Origin: Torpedo marmorata
Taxonomy: Eukaryota
Assembly (NCBI GenBank): GCA_977017645.1
Contig: OZ360221.1
Location: 204,848,001-204,912,000 of the forward strand
DNA: 64,000 bases
Direction of reading: 5' to 3'
Made by a program: the position numbers and the translations under genes
The notes under the pieces: generated by a model
The model's input: the letters and a program-made list of their open reading frames with translations, nothing else
Database searches by the model: none
Told to the model about the DNA's origin: nothing
Part shown: piece by piece, positions 1 to 11,860 of the stretch
Position numbering within the stretch: the stretch's first letter is position 1
How the letters are laid out: each line of letters starts with the position of its first letter

Positions 1-1970
1 TAGAAGATGAAAGTGAAGTATTAGAAGATGTTGCAAATAATACTGTTGATCATTCATGTGTAATTGAATCAAATACAGGAATAAAACAAGTGACTGAAAA
101 CAAATCTGAATGTAGATTTTGTAGTTCAGAGATTACAACAGACAAAGCTAATGAAGAATTATTGCAATGTGATGTAAAAATGGAAAACACAGAAAATTGT
201 GCTGATGGAGTAAAGAATAATGATTCAGAGAACAAAATGTTGAAAGGGGAATTGGAAATATTAGATAATCAAGAAAACAGTAAACAGAAAGATTTAATTG
301 TAAGTAAAACTCGCAAAGTCAGAAAGCGGAAGAAAAGAATAACTGCTGAAGAAATGAATACAGATATCTAAGAAAGAGATTCAGCATTATCAAAATGTAA
401 AAGGTTGGAGGAAGAGATTAATGTTTTAAAAGAGAACAAGTTATTGGTTAATAACACAACAGTTGACTTTAAAAACCAATCAAGAATGTAAATTGAATGT
501 TCAACAATTAACAATGCAGAAAGAATGTGATATTGCATTGCAGAAATGTAACAAACAAGATGAAGAAATTAAAAAATTTCAAGTTTGTCGCGACAGGATT
601 GACAATAGAAATATCAATGTACCATATGATATTTTGACTTCAGATCAAATTATTAATTTCTCGGAAGGAGCTGAGACTGAATTGAAAGTTGCAAAATTGG
701 ATTTAGAATTGCAGGAAAGAGCCATAGAAACCAGAGTGGTTAAACAGACCTGTTTAAAATCGAAAGAATCAGATAAATATTCAAATTCTAATTCTAAGAG
801 TTTAAATTCTTCACATGAGAAGTGGAATACTGAAGAAAGGAATAAAGTGAAACGACGTGCTGAAGAAGTGCCTTGTGTTAAATTCAAAAGAAAAACTGTA
901 TCTATTTTGTCTGAGGAGGATTTGAAGTTTACTGATTGACGTTTTAACTCAAAGATTATAGAGATAAAAGAACTTTAAAGAGACATTGTGATTGTTATGG
1001 ATGGTTCAACTTCAAGAAATTCCTGGTTACTTGGAAAAGATTATTGAGACTTTTCAAGACAAAGAGGACTTGTGCGTCAAGTGCGAATTAAAGCTAAGAC
1101 TGGTTTTCTAAACAGACCTATTAACAAGGTCTGTCTTTTGTTGGAGACAGAGGAACTTTGATAAATGTGATCTGACTTTATTTGTTGTTGTATATTTCAC
1201 AGGTTATAGACTTTTTTTGAATCAGAGTTATGGTAAACTCTAGATTTATGAAGAAGGAAGAAAGAAGATTTGTATTGTTTTGAATATTATGGTTATTGTT
1301 ATTTATAATTTATAGTGTAATTATTATTCAAGACATTACGTCTAATTATAATAATTAGGGGCCGGTGTAAGAGCCGTAGGCTCGTTTACTTACTGTTGTT
1401 GCGGCGCTCCGATGTCTTGTCGGGCCTTGGAGCGCTCACGTAGTTGTTGTAGTTGTTGCTGGGCCGTCCTCGGCCCGCTCGGAGCGCTCGCGTTGTCTGC
1501 GGGCCGCTATCGGCCCGTTCTGTGCTCTGCGCATGCGCTAGAGTGCCGACGGGCGCATGCGCAGTGTGGAGTGACGTCATTGTGCGCGTGGGAGGCTGGG
1601 AATTGTAGTATGTGCGTTGGAGCATGCGCATAGCCATAGAGAGTGAGAACAAAGAAAGGATAGAGATGTAGGAGGGTGAGTCTGGTCTCCACATCTTTAT
1701 TGACCGTTTTATATCGTTTTATAACTTTTACATCGTTCTACAGTGTTTTCATATCGTTTTGGAATTGTTTAAAGAACTATTTAAAGGAACTCATCATACA
1801 TCGTTTACAAGAACTGTTTATATTAAAGTCATTGAAGATTACTGCAAGTCATGTGTGAAAATAAAGGTTTTTGAACATATTGGACTTTGTTAGTAAATTG
1901 ATTAAAACGAGTCAAAGACAAGGACCACACTTAGCCTCCAGGTGACTATTGGTGGATCGAAGTCACCATA
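1..1970 (+). mobile_element. 3' part of non-autonomous BEL/Pao LTR retrotransposon, copy 1 (cargo ORF remnant, integrase C-tail, 3' LTR 1366-1970)
   Basis: 1-1365 is near-identical to 34990-36358. ~980-1150 encodes the BEL integrase C-terminal tail (DIVIVMDGSTSRNSWLLG..LVRQVRIKAKTGFLNRPINKVCLLLE, DUF5641-like, frameshifted). AATTAGGGGCCGG precedes an LTR starting TGTAAGAGCC and ending GAAGTCACCATA, as at 31129 and 36359. Confidence 0.9.
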
Positions 1971-2335
1971 TTATAGAGGTATTTAAGATTATGAAAGGGA
2001 TAGACAGAGTGGATGTGGATAGACTATTTCCGTTAAGATTAGGAGAGATTGAAACAAGAGGACATGAGTTAAGAGGCAGAGGTTTAGAGGTAACATGAGG
2101 GGGAACCTCTTTACTCAGAGAGTGGTAGCGGTGTGGAATGAGCTTCCGGGAGAAGTAGTGGCAGCAGAGTCAATTTTATTATTTAAGAAAAAGTTGGACA
2201 GGTATATGGATGAGAAGGAAGTGGAGGGTTATGGGCAGGGTGCAGGTAGGTGGGACTAGAGAGGTGTGTTTGGTTCAGTGCGGACTAGAAGGGCCTAATG
2301 GCCTGTTTCCGTGCTGTAATTGTTATATATGGTTA
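1971..2335 (+). mobile_element. CR1 LINE 3' end fragment
   Basis: Matches the CR1 ORF2 C-terminus and 3' UTR at 52740-53110 (IEVFKIMKG..FTQRVV..WNELP..; GGACTAGAAGGGCC..TGTAATTGTTATAT tail). Confidence 0.85.
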
Positions 2336-3230
2336 CATGTACCATGACCTCTGTCTCATCTCCCTCCCCCTTTAGGATGTCCTGCACTCGAGCACCAGGG
2401 AGGCAAACCACCATCCGGTTCTCCTTGCTCTGTTCATAGAATCCCCTATCTGTTCTCCTGACTATTGAGTCCCCTAAGACTATTGCCCTCCTCTTCCTTT
2501 CCCTACCCTTCTTCTGAGCCTCAGAGGCCGACCCAGTGCCCGAGGCACAGCCACTGACGCTTTCCCCAGCTTGGCTGTCTCCCCCAACAGTACCCAAGGA
2601 GGAGTACCTGTTGCTGAGGGTTACAGCCACAGGGGTCCTCTCTACCACCTTATTCTTCCTCTTATCTCCCCTAACCGTGACCCACCTGTCCTCCTCCCGT
2701 GGCCTTGGTGTGACCACCTGGCTGTAACTCCTATCTATGACTATCTCGCTCTCCCTGACCAGAGCGAGGTCATCGAGCTGCAGCTCCAGTTCCCTAACAC
2801 GGTCCCTGAGGAGCTGCAGCTCAGCACACCTGGTGCAGACGTGGACATCCGGGAGGCTAGAAGACTCCATGACCTCCCACATCTGGCACTGAGAACAGAA
2901 AAATGCTCTCACACTCATCCCTACTCTCTCCCCCTTCCTCAAATAAGTACAAAGGAATAAGGAAGCAATTAAACAGTCTTACCTTAAATTGACAAGCTTG
3001 ACCTCAGCCTCTCCTCGCCAAAGAAGCCTCTCGAGCCAAAGCCTCGGTGCCCCACTCTTCCCTGTTCCACTCACTCCCTAGTCACCAGTCGCTCCTCCCA
3101 CTCCAACACTCCAAAGCAACTGAACAGACCGAGACCCGAAAAAGCGCCCTTTTTAAACTAAATTAACAATTCCAAATTACTCACCAAGCAGCAGTCACCA
3201 GTCGCTCCTCCCACTCCAATGCAACTGAAC
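2336..3230 (-). mobile_element. CR1 LINE 5' region with ORF1 (zinc finger, coiled coil, SGNH/esterase-like)
   Basis: ORF 2295-2942(-): CSQC..CTRC, leucine heptads, IVLGDSIVR and CLPGARVQD motifs typical of vertebrate CR1 ORF1. Confidence 0.85.
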
Positions 3231-3231
3231 A

Positions 3232-5237
3232 ACTATCCCCAGCTTTATTTGTTCTAGCCATAGAACCACTTGCCCAGAAAATCCGTTCTGATTTACAAAT
3301 TAAGGGTTTTAGGATAGGTCAAGAAGAACATAAAATCAGTTTATTTGCAGATGATAATTTAATATATTTGACTGATCCTGAAATATCTTTGCAAAGATTA
3401 TATATTCAATTGGAGGAATATGGAAAGGTTTCGGGCTATAAAATAAATTTGGATAAAAGTGAAATAATGTCATTGACGGAAGGTGATTATACACATTGTC
3501 AGACAGGTACTCAGTTTAAATGGCCAAAAGAGGGTATTAAATATTTAGGTATACGTACAGATAGTAATTTGAAAAATTTATATAAATTGAATTATTCATT
3601 ATTATTTAAAAATTGATGAAGATTTTTTAAAATTGATTAATTTACCTATAACCTTAGTTGGAAGAGTTAATTGTATAAAGATGAATATATTTCCAAGAAT
3701 ACAATATCTCTTTCAAACATTACCCATTTCAATCCCTCAGAAATTTTTTCAATTAAATAAATATGTAAGAAAATTTCTATGGAAAGATAAAATGTCAAGA
3801 GTTTCTATGGAGAGATTAACTTGGAAATACAAATTAGGAGGTTTACAACTTCCTAATTTTAAAAATTATTATCGAGCTCCTCAAATGAGATTTCTTGCAT
3901 CTTTTTTCGAAGAAACAAAAGTAGCGTGGGTAAATATAGAACTGAACAAGATAGGAGAAAGGATAGCAGAAGATTTTATTTATAAATGGGAACCGAAATT
4001 ATTAACTGCTGCTAAAAGATACACCATTATTGAAACACCTACTTAATATTTAGAATAAAATAAAAGATGAAATTGGAATAAAGGGATCCATATCACCTAA
4101 AACGCCACTAAATCAAAATCCCTTTATAGCTTTTACAAAAGATAATCAATTTATGAATATTTGGCACCGTAATGGGATTGTAAATCTTGAAGATTGTTAT
4201 GAAAGAGGTCAATTAATGTCATTTTTACAGTTGAGGAACAAATATGCCATACCACAAAATACTTTCTTTTGTTATTTTCAATTAAAAGCATATCTGAGAG
4301 ATAAATTGGGACCAACTATGTCTTTACCTAGATGTAATGAAGTAGAACTTTTGATTAGGAGAGGAATTATTAAAAAAATTACTTCTAAGATTTATGAACT
4401 ACTACAAGCTGGAGCTCCTAAACAAGGGTTAAATAGATCTCGACAGAAATGGGAAACAGATTTAAATATTACAATTGATCAACAATTATGGGAAAATCTA
4501 TGTAAAGATTCTATGACTAATACTATAAATGTAAGATATAGATTAGTCCAATATAATTTTTTGCATCAATTACCGTATATTTAACACCACAGAAACTACA
4601 TAAAATAAAACCAGAATTATCTGACCAATGTTTTAGATGTGGTGAAGATGTAGGTTCTTTTATACATTCAACTTGGTCTTGCCCCAAGGTAAAAACCTTT
4701 TGGTTAGATATACAAAATTTGTTAGAACAAGTTACAGGAATTGTATATCCACAAACCCCTGATTTAGCTCTTTTAGGAAATATTGAGGGTGCAAGACCTA
4801 AATTGAAGCTATCAAATTATCAATTGGTATTTGTTAAATTAGCTTTAGCAGTAGTGAGGAAATGTATTGCTATGACTTGTAAATCCGATACATCCTTGGA
4901 TATGCAAAGGTGGCATGCTGAAATTCAAAGTTGTATTCCTTTGGAAAAAATTACATATAATTTGAGGAATAAATATTCTACTTTTTTGCAAATATGGCGC
5001 CTGTATACCCAAATAATGAGATTAAATTTGTAAAGAGGTTTTAAACACCTCCAGAACCGCGAGATCATCCTCTAAATGTATTTATATATGTTGAGATGTG
5101 TCATGAGCGGTGCTCCTCTATACAAACCAAAAAATTCTTTTTTCTTTCTATTTTCTTTTTTTTACATAGATATTTGTGATATAAACGCATATTTTGTATT
5201 ATTAAAAAATTTAAATAAAATATTTTTTTAAAAAAAA
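3232..5237 (+). mobile_element. 5'-truncated L1-clade LINE (RT C-terminal half, cysteine-rich domain, 3' UTR, A-rich tail), frameshifted
   Basis: SLFADD motif near 3340; ORFs 3368-5033 give GYKINLDKSEI, IKYLGI, GGLQLPNFKNYY, RYRLVQYNFLH; AATAAA and A-tail near 5215-5237. Confidence 0.9.
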
Positions 5238-7230
5238 CAAGATAGTGTATTAACCCCTTCAAAAAAAGATATAATAAATCTCATCTGCGCAGCTAAATAT
5301 CGGTAATAGTTTCTAAAGTTAGGTAAATGGAGACCCCCCAGTCTATAATCCCATGTTAATTTTCGTATAGCCCTTCTAGCTATTTTATTTCTCCATATAA
5401 ATCGCCCAATAATTTTATCCAAATTTTGAAAAAAAGATTTTGGTAAAAAAATAGGTAGAGACTGAAATAAATATTGTATTCTTGGTAGTATTTTCATTTT
5501 AACACAATTAACCCAACCAATCAAGGTAATAGGTAATGACATCCATCTCATTAAATCTTCTTCAATCTTACTAAGAAGTGGAGAATAATTAAGCTTATAT
5601 AAATTTTTTAAATCAGTATCTACCATTATACCAAGATATTTTATACTCTCTTTAATCCATTTCAACAAACCTACCGGTATACGTTTACATTCCGTACAGT
5701 CAAATTTAACCAATGGAATGACTTCGGATTTATCAAAGTTCACCTTGTATCCTGAAATCTCACCAAATTTTTCAACAATATTTGTAATTTAGTAAGAGAA
5801 TTAACCGGATCAGTCAAATACAGAATCACATCGTTGGCAAATAAATTTATTATATGTTCCACCTGGCCCATTTTAAAACCTTTTATTTCAGAGTCTAATC
5901 TAATCACTTCTGCCAGTGGCTCAATTGCTGGAACAAAAAGTCCAGGAGACAAAGGACAACCTTGCCGACTGGATCTATTCAAAGAGAAACTTTCCGAAGT
6001 CTGTCCATTAGTGGTAACCCTAGCTTGTGGTTTATAATAAAGTGTTTTAACCCAATTAATAAATGATTGTCCAAATCCAAATTTTTCCAGAACCTTAAAC
6101 AAATACGGCCAGAGATCTCCAATATCTTTTGATACCAGAGAAGAAAATGAATGTGTATAGATGGCGGTTAAACCCTACTTTACTTCATAAATCAGATTTC
6201 TGTAAATTTATTAGGGATCAGATAAAATTATTTAGTGAGACAAACTGTGCCTCTGTTCCAAACAGTTTTATTTTATGGGACACATTAAAAGCATATTTAA
6301 GAGGACAAATAATTTCATACACTAAGGGTGTTAAAAAGAAATATATGGCAGAATTGGAAACTTTAGAGAAGGAGATTTTAATAATGGAAAAAGAATATCA
6401 ACAAACTAAATCTATGGATACATATCAACATCTGGTGAATAAACTTAAATATAACATTATGGATACATATCGAGTTGAGAAAACAATTTTGAGAACAAAA
6501 TAAAGCTATTATGAACTGGGTGAAAAAACACAAAGTTTTAGCATGGCAATTGAAAGCACAAGAAAGTTCAATAACTATCAATGCAATTCAAAATGCACAA
6601 GGATTGATTACATATAACCCATCGGAAATTAATAAGGCATTTCAAAAGTTTTACATAGACTTGAATTCTTCTGAAATAACAAGTGATGATTCAAAGATTG
6701 ATAATTTTTAACTACTTTAAATTTACCTACAGTAGATAGAGATAGTCAAACGAGACTTGATCGTCCTTTCACACAGGAAGAAATTGAAAAGGCCTTGAGC
6801 TCGCTACAGGCGGGAAAATCACCGGGTGAAGATGGTTTTCCACCAGAATTTTATAGAGAATTTAAAGATTTATTGATGCCTTTTATTATGGACGTAATTG
6901 ATAGAGCAGCTCAAACACAAACACTGCCTGAATCATTTTCCTCTGCAGTAATTACAATAATTCCAAAGAAAAATAAAGATCCTTTGAAATGTTCTTCATA
7001 TCGCCCTATTTCACTTTTAAATGCAGATTATAAAATAATCTCTAAAACATTGGCTTAGTGATTGTTTACCGAGATTAATAAATCCAGACCAATGTGGTTT
7101 TATTAAGAAACGGTTTTCTTCCAATAATTTATGTAGATTTTTTAATATAATACATTTAGCAAAATCTAGAGGTGAACCAAGTATAGCAGTTACACTGGAC
7201 GCAGAGAAGGCTTTTGATAGATTGGAATGC
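5238..7230. mobile_element. L1-clade LINE with internal inversion (5238-6111 minus; 6112-7230 plus)
   Basis: The plus piece encodes WRLN..KSPGEDGFP..YRPISLLNAD..DAEKAFDRLEW. The minus piece resumes at (W)PYLFKVLEKFG..RQGCPLSP..LFANDV..GGLHLPNF. Confidence 0.85.
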
Positions 7231-7589
7231 CCACATATTTTTTACAAAACTGGCTTGACTTTAAATTTGTGCTTGATTTCACTTCAAACACAGACCCATC
7301 CCCGCCGGGTGGGATGACTGGGCCGGGAGGCTTGGTGACAGTACAACCTCGCTGCCCAACAATGTGGTCCCATCGCAGGACCAATCGCGAGGACAACAGA
7401 CCCGCCGTGGACGAGTGTGTTCTGCCCCACTGCCACCAAGCATGCCTACACATGCCCAAATGTCACGAGAAAATTACAATCTTTCTCTCTGCACTAGAAC
7501 ACCAAAAGACATAACGTGGCTCATTTAGTCTTGATTACAGTAAATCTTCAGCTATCGTATTTCAGCTGACCACCGAATCCAGTACTTGC

Positions 7590-7769
7590 CTTGACTGCAT
7601 ACACCTTATTCTTGGGGTGTTTTTTCCGACTCAGGTACACTTCACCGGAACGCCCCACGGCTGATGGGTTTGATAAGTCCTCGATGCTGGGGGCTGCCAG
7701 CACCTTGATTGCCTTCACATTCCTGTACGGGATGGCAGGACTAGCGTCATCAGTGCTGGGAACATCCAT
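7590..7769 (-). pseudogene. MASTL: Copy of MASTL/Greatwall kinase coding exon 1 (pseudo-exon, compensating frameshifts)
   Basis: Minus strand reads MDVPSTDDASPAIPYRNVKAIKVLAAPSIED / IKPISRGAF / GEVYLSRKKHPKNKVYAVK, then GCAAGT. It matches the recalled Greatwall N-terminus PSIEEFSIVKPISRGAFGKVYLG..LYAVK, whose first exon I recall ending at YAVK. Confidence 0.8.
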
Positions 7770-8214
7770 CTCCCAATCAGATCCAACAGACCATTCCCCG
7801 CCATTCCAATGGAACACGGGACGCCCTCCGATTGAACGCTGGCTCCCGTCTCGCGGCTCGCCGCGCAGCTGCTCTTTGAAACATTTTCAAAAGTTCTGCC
7901 GGCGCTGGGGTCCAGTCCATCAAAAACCGTCATGGCTCGGCGTGGGGGCGGGGCCGCCGCAGAGGGAGGGAGGCAAGAGGAAGGGAGGGAGAGGGGGGAG
8001 TGAAGGAGCTGGGCGCGGATCGAAAGGAGCGAATATGCGGTGCGGAGGGGGGGGGGGGGTGGAGTGAAGGAGCCGGGCGTGGGTCGGAAGGAGCGACTAT
8101 GCGGTGCGGGAGGGTTGTGGGCGCTGCCGGGCTGAAAAGGTGCTACTTTTGAAAAATTTGCTCAGGGGCAGTGGTCGCTCCCCCTGCTCCCCCCCAAGCT
8201 ACACCCCTGCCTGG

Positions 8215-8520
8215 CCGCCCTCCCATCCGAGCACCTGATGCCCTGACCACGGACTCTTGCCTAGGCCCCGGCCGTCCAGCTGCCCACCCACGGAGCTCCC
8301 GACGCCTTGAGCGCGGACTCTCGCCTAGGCCCAGGCCTCCCGCCTATCAGAGCTCCCAATGCCCCGATCGCCCATCCGAGTTCCCGACACCTCGACCGCG
8401 GACTCTCGTCTAGACCCCGGCCATCTGCCCATCCGAGCTCCCAACACCTCGAACGCGGACTTACCACTCAGTCTGGCCGCCTGTCTGCCCGCCCATCGGA
8501 GCTCCTAATGCCCCGAACGA
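8215..8520 (+). repeat. Imperfect GC-rich tandem repeat (core GCCCATCCGAGCTCCC..CCTCGA.CGCGGACTCTCGCCTAGGCCC)
   Basis: About five recurring units seen directly; a separate ~50-bp duplication lies at 7997-8048 and 8061-8110. Confidence 0.7.
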
Positions 8521-8819
8521 CACATATGTGTATGCGTGTAATAGTCGACCCCCTAAATTTTACCCTAAAAATTGATCCACAAAATTACACGCGTATATAC
8601 GGTATGTGTACTTTTTGATTATTGAAACTAATACAAATTAGCAGTTTAAAAACTACATACATGAATAAATATTATTAGGTACATGTATTTCTTAATATTT
8701 ATATAACATTTTTGGAACAAAATGTGCATGGAAGTGTAAAAATGTGTATGTATTATTTTTTCATGTCTTGCAGCTCTCAAACATCTGAAGTTTATCGTCT
8801 GAGGCTTTTACATTAAGCA

Positions 8820-9880
8820 AGTTTGGCCACCCCTGCTCCACAGCAACTGTACCACACTGCGTTGCAGTCGTCCAGGATGCTCTCGATCGAGCTCCTGTAG
8901 AAGGTTGACATGATGGTGGCCGGTAGCCTTGCCCGCCTCAGTCTTCTCAGGAAGTGCAGTCGTTGCGCATTCCTGACAAGTGAGGAGACGTTGTGTGTCC
9001 AGGATGGGTCACTTCTTAAGTGGACTCCGAGGAACCTGGTGCTCTCTACTCTCTCCACTACTGAGTTATTAATGTGTAGTGGAAGGTAGTCGACCCTGGA
9101 TCTCCTGAAGTCCACATTCATCTAATCATCTCCTTTGTCTTGTCCACATTGAAACTTGTTGTTCTCGCACCATTTCACGAGATTTTCGTTGTTGTTGAAG
9201 AAGCCAACTAATGTCGTGACATCTGCAAACTTGATGACTCTGTTGGAGCTGGATCTGGCGTTGCAGTCATGGATCAGTAGCGTGAACAGAAGTGGGCTGA
9301 GCACACAGCCCTGAGGTGCGCCAGTGCTCAGCGTGATGGTGCTGGATGTTCTGCTACCGACCTGGGCAGACTGTGGTCTTTACGTTAGGATGTCCAGAAT
9401 CCAGTTACAGTGTGGAGTCCCAGCGAGGCGTTGTTCTCCAGGTAGGTCAGGACGGAGTGGAGGGACAAGACTATAGCATCATCAGTGGAACGGTTCCGTC
9501 TGTAGGTGAATTGAAATGGATCCAATGTTTCTGCTTTGATGCGTTCCATCACCAGATGCTCAAAGTATTTCATAATGGTGGATGTCAGTGCCACTGAGCG
9601 GTAGTCATTGAGGCTTGTTACTGTTGCACACTTTGATACTGGGATAATGGTGGTTGTCTTGAAACCCATGTGGACGATAGATTGCTGCAGTGATGTGTTG
9701 ATGTCTGTAAGGACCTCAGTCAGTAGATCTGCACAGTCCCTCACTACCTGACCTGGTATGTTGTCTGGTCTCACTACCTGACCTGGTATGTTGTCTGGTC
9801 CCACTGCCTTGTGTGGGTTCACCTTGGATAGGGTTCTGCTCACCTCAGCCACGGCTATGCATGGGTCCCGTTCATCAGGG
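8820..9880 (-). mobile_element. Degenerate Rex1/Babar-like LINE RT fragment
   Basis: ORFs 9385-9852, 9122-9304 and 8813-9121 give GPDNIPG, YRSVALTS, LSPLLFTL, KFADVTT, RFLGVH. There is a 30-bp tandem duplication at ~9741-9800. Confidence 0.85.
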
Positions 9881-10040
9881 GGAAACGAACTCCGGGAAAG
9901 ACGAACTCAGGAAAAATACAGGGCAAGTTGCCAGCTGAAGTGCTGACTGTGGGCTCAATTTTAACATTGAAGAAAAATTTGAATAGGTACATGGATGGGA
10001 GGGGAATGGAGGGATATGGACTGGGTACCGATTGGTGGGT

Positions 10041-11300
10041 TGTAGTGTGGATTGTGGAGGATCATGTGACCTATGAGACTACCGGTACGCCCTAGATGTG
10101 CGCTTGCCGGGCCGATCCCTGGCTTCCCACGGGATGGCACGGCGTTGGCCATCCGGGACGCGTGCCTCCAAACGATGGGGGAGCACCCGGTAGGATGGCC
10201 ACCGTGGTGGAGATGCTGGTCAAAAAAGGACTGTAGTACTATGAATTAAGGGAAAGCCAGATGACCTTGCACTACCCGCTTGCAGACGAAGGTGGTACCG
10301 GTGCTGTTGTCGGTGAGACGCGCTGCACACACATCCCGGGCAAATCGGTGAGACCACATATGCGAGTCAGTCACTGACAAAAAATAAACAGATAGGGGGC
10401 CAGTTCCCACAGTACGACACTCCATGGGGAAAACAATGACCCTTTCGGTCTCTGGGGAGTTGGTAGGCCATTTTCATTGTCTGAAACAATAACTTCATCT
10501 TTCTGTTGTGCCTATCTGTTTATTTAAAAGGCACTTGCACTGTATCTACCATTTAAAACAATGTATTTACTGTTTGAAACAACGTATTAACCTTTTGTAA
10601 TATGTTTTTACCTTTTGTAGATGATTGCCGAGTGGTGTGACTTTCGAGAGGTGGAATGTAGTGTGGATTGTGGAGGGTCACGTGACCTCTCCGTCTGGAA
10701 CCGAGTCGGAAGTCGTATCACCTGCCAATCAAGGTTGGACTCTGCCCACCCATTAGTGCACACCTGACCATTGGCCCCTTTAATCACCTAGTGATTTCCT
10801 GGGCCGGACTCCCCAGCTTACTGCACTTTAAAAGCCCACCACATGCAACAGATCATACTCTTTGCTCCTGACTACGAATGCTGCTCTACGCCATGTTGCA
10901 AACTGTGGACATCGCTGGAGGAGTTGTTGGTAAGGTGTCCACTACACTGAGAGTAGGACCGTAGTATTGTGTGGGAATACTTAGCATTGAGCCATGCCCT
11001 GTTGGAACAGGGAACTGGGAGTATGTGTTGAAGTCCCTGTATAGTAAGAGTGTGCTAGTTACTGAATATTACTACTTATGAGAGAGAGTAAGCAGCCACT
11101 GGTATCGGGGATTGCTGTGTCCGATGTGACTGCTTACACTGTTTAAAGTACCGAGTATTGTTTTGTGTCTTCCCCATTACTATTTCCCTGAGTGTGCAAT
11201 AAAGATCATCCTTTGTTTGTTTAGCCTGTGTCTGGACTCGTTTCTCTGTGAACCTACCGAACCTGACACGTAACAATTGGCGCTGCGAGCAGGGTTCAAG
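10041..11300 (+). mobile_element. Class I (gamma/epsilon-like) endogenous retrovirus remnant: LTR head, env TM relic, PPT, LTR 10657-11275, tRNA-Ser PBS
   Basis: TGTAGTGTGGATTGTGGAGG occurs at 10041 and 10657. 10228-10340 gives RTVVL..ESQMTLHYPLADEGGTGAVVGETRCTHIP, a decayed ISD/CX6CC. PPT GAGAGGTGGAA lies at 10646-10656, AATAAA at ~11197, LTR end TAACA at 11275 and PBS TGGCGCTGCGAGCAGGGT at 11278-11295. Confidence 0.8.
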
Positions 11301-11379
11301 GAGTCTCGGCTGGGCACATGCAAAATAAATAACGTACATTTTTGACCCTCTGCAGTTAAACGACAGAAATATTAATCGG

Positions 11380-11860
11380 CGAATATTCACCATTCGGTGC
11401 AGAAAAGGTCTCAGCTGGGAGGTGGCTGGCCTCGCCCACGTTCACGGCCGACGCAAACTCTACCTTGCCTGGACCAGGCCTCGGTTGCCAAGCGACAGTG
11501 GTGGCGGAAGTGCGTGGCCGAGTGCCGGCGGACGGAGGGGCGGGCGGATGGCCGGTCGGGGTTGGCGCACCCCTGCACTCGGGCAACACTAGACGTCGGA
11601 GAGATGTTCGAGAACTTCAAGGAGCGGCTGCTGAGCGCGCAGCAGGATCTGAACAACGGGTAGGCGGGGTGGGCGCAGCCGGCGGGGCCGCCGTTTGCGG
11701 CAGGACCGGGCCCAGTCGGAAGCTCCTGCCGGCGGGGCCACACCAGCCCCCAGCCGCATTCGTTCGGATCTGCGCTGCCGCCTTGTTCAATTAAAATAAA
11801 CCCCCGTGATAGTCTGATCCTTGTGGTATCAGCATGTTTGTGAACAGTCTCGGTCACCGT
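11380..11860 (+). promoter_or_regulatory. DTNBP1: CpG island / promoter and 5' UTR of DTNBP1
   Basis: CpG-rich non-repeat stretch spanning exon 1, with ETS-like GGCGGAAGTG (~11503) and GC box GGGGCGGGCGG (~11537). Confidence 0.75.
11604..11659 (+). CDS. DTNBP1: Dysbindin-1 coding exon 1 (MFENFKERLLSAQQDLNNG)
   Basis: Resembles human dysbindin MLETLRERLLSVQQDFTSG; 56 nt followed by donor GTAGGC (phase 2). Confidence 0.93.

Larger units (their letters stand above)
7231..8602. mobile_element. Pogo/Tigger-family non-autonomous element (right TIR only) with GC-rich cargo
   Basis: Right end TACACGCGTATATACGG|TA and subterminal GCGTGTAATAGTCGACCCC resemble the ends of the pogo at 37538-42557. No left TIR was seen; the left side abuts the L1. 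Confidence 0.55.

Noticed and set aside
11397-11663. 88-aa ORF as an extended DTNBP1 N-terminus
   Set aside because: It starts at a non-ATG codon; homology begins at ATG 11604 and the stop lies in the intron.
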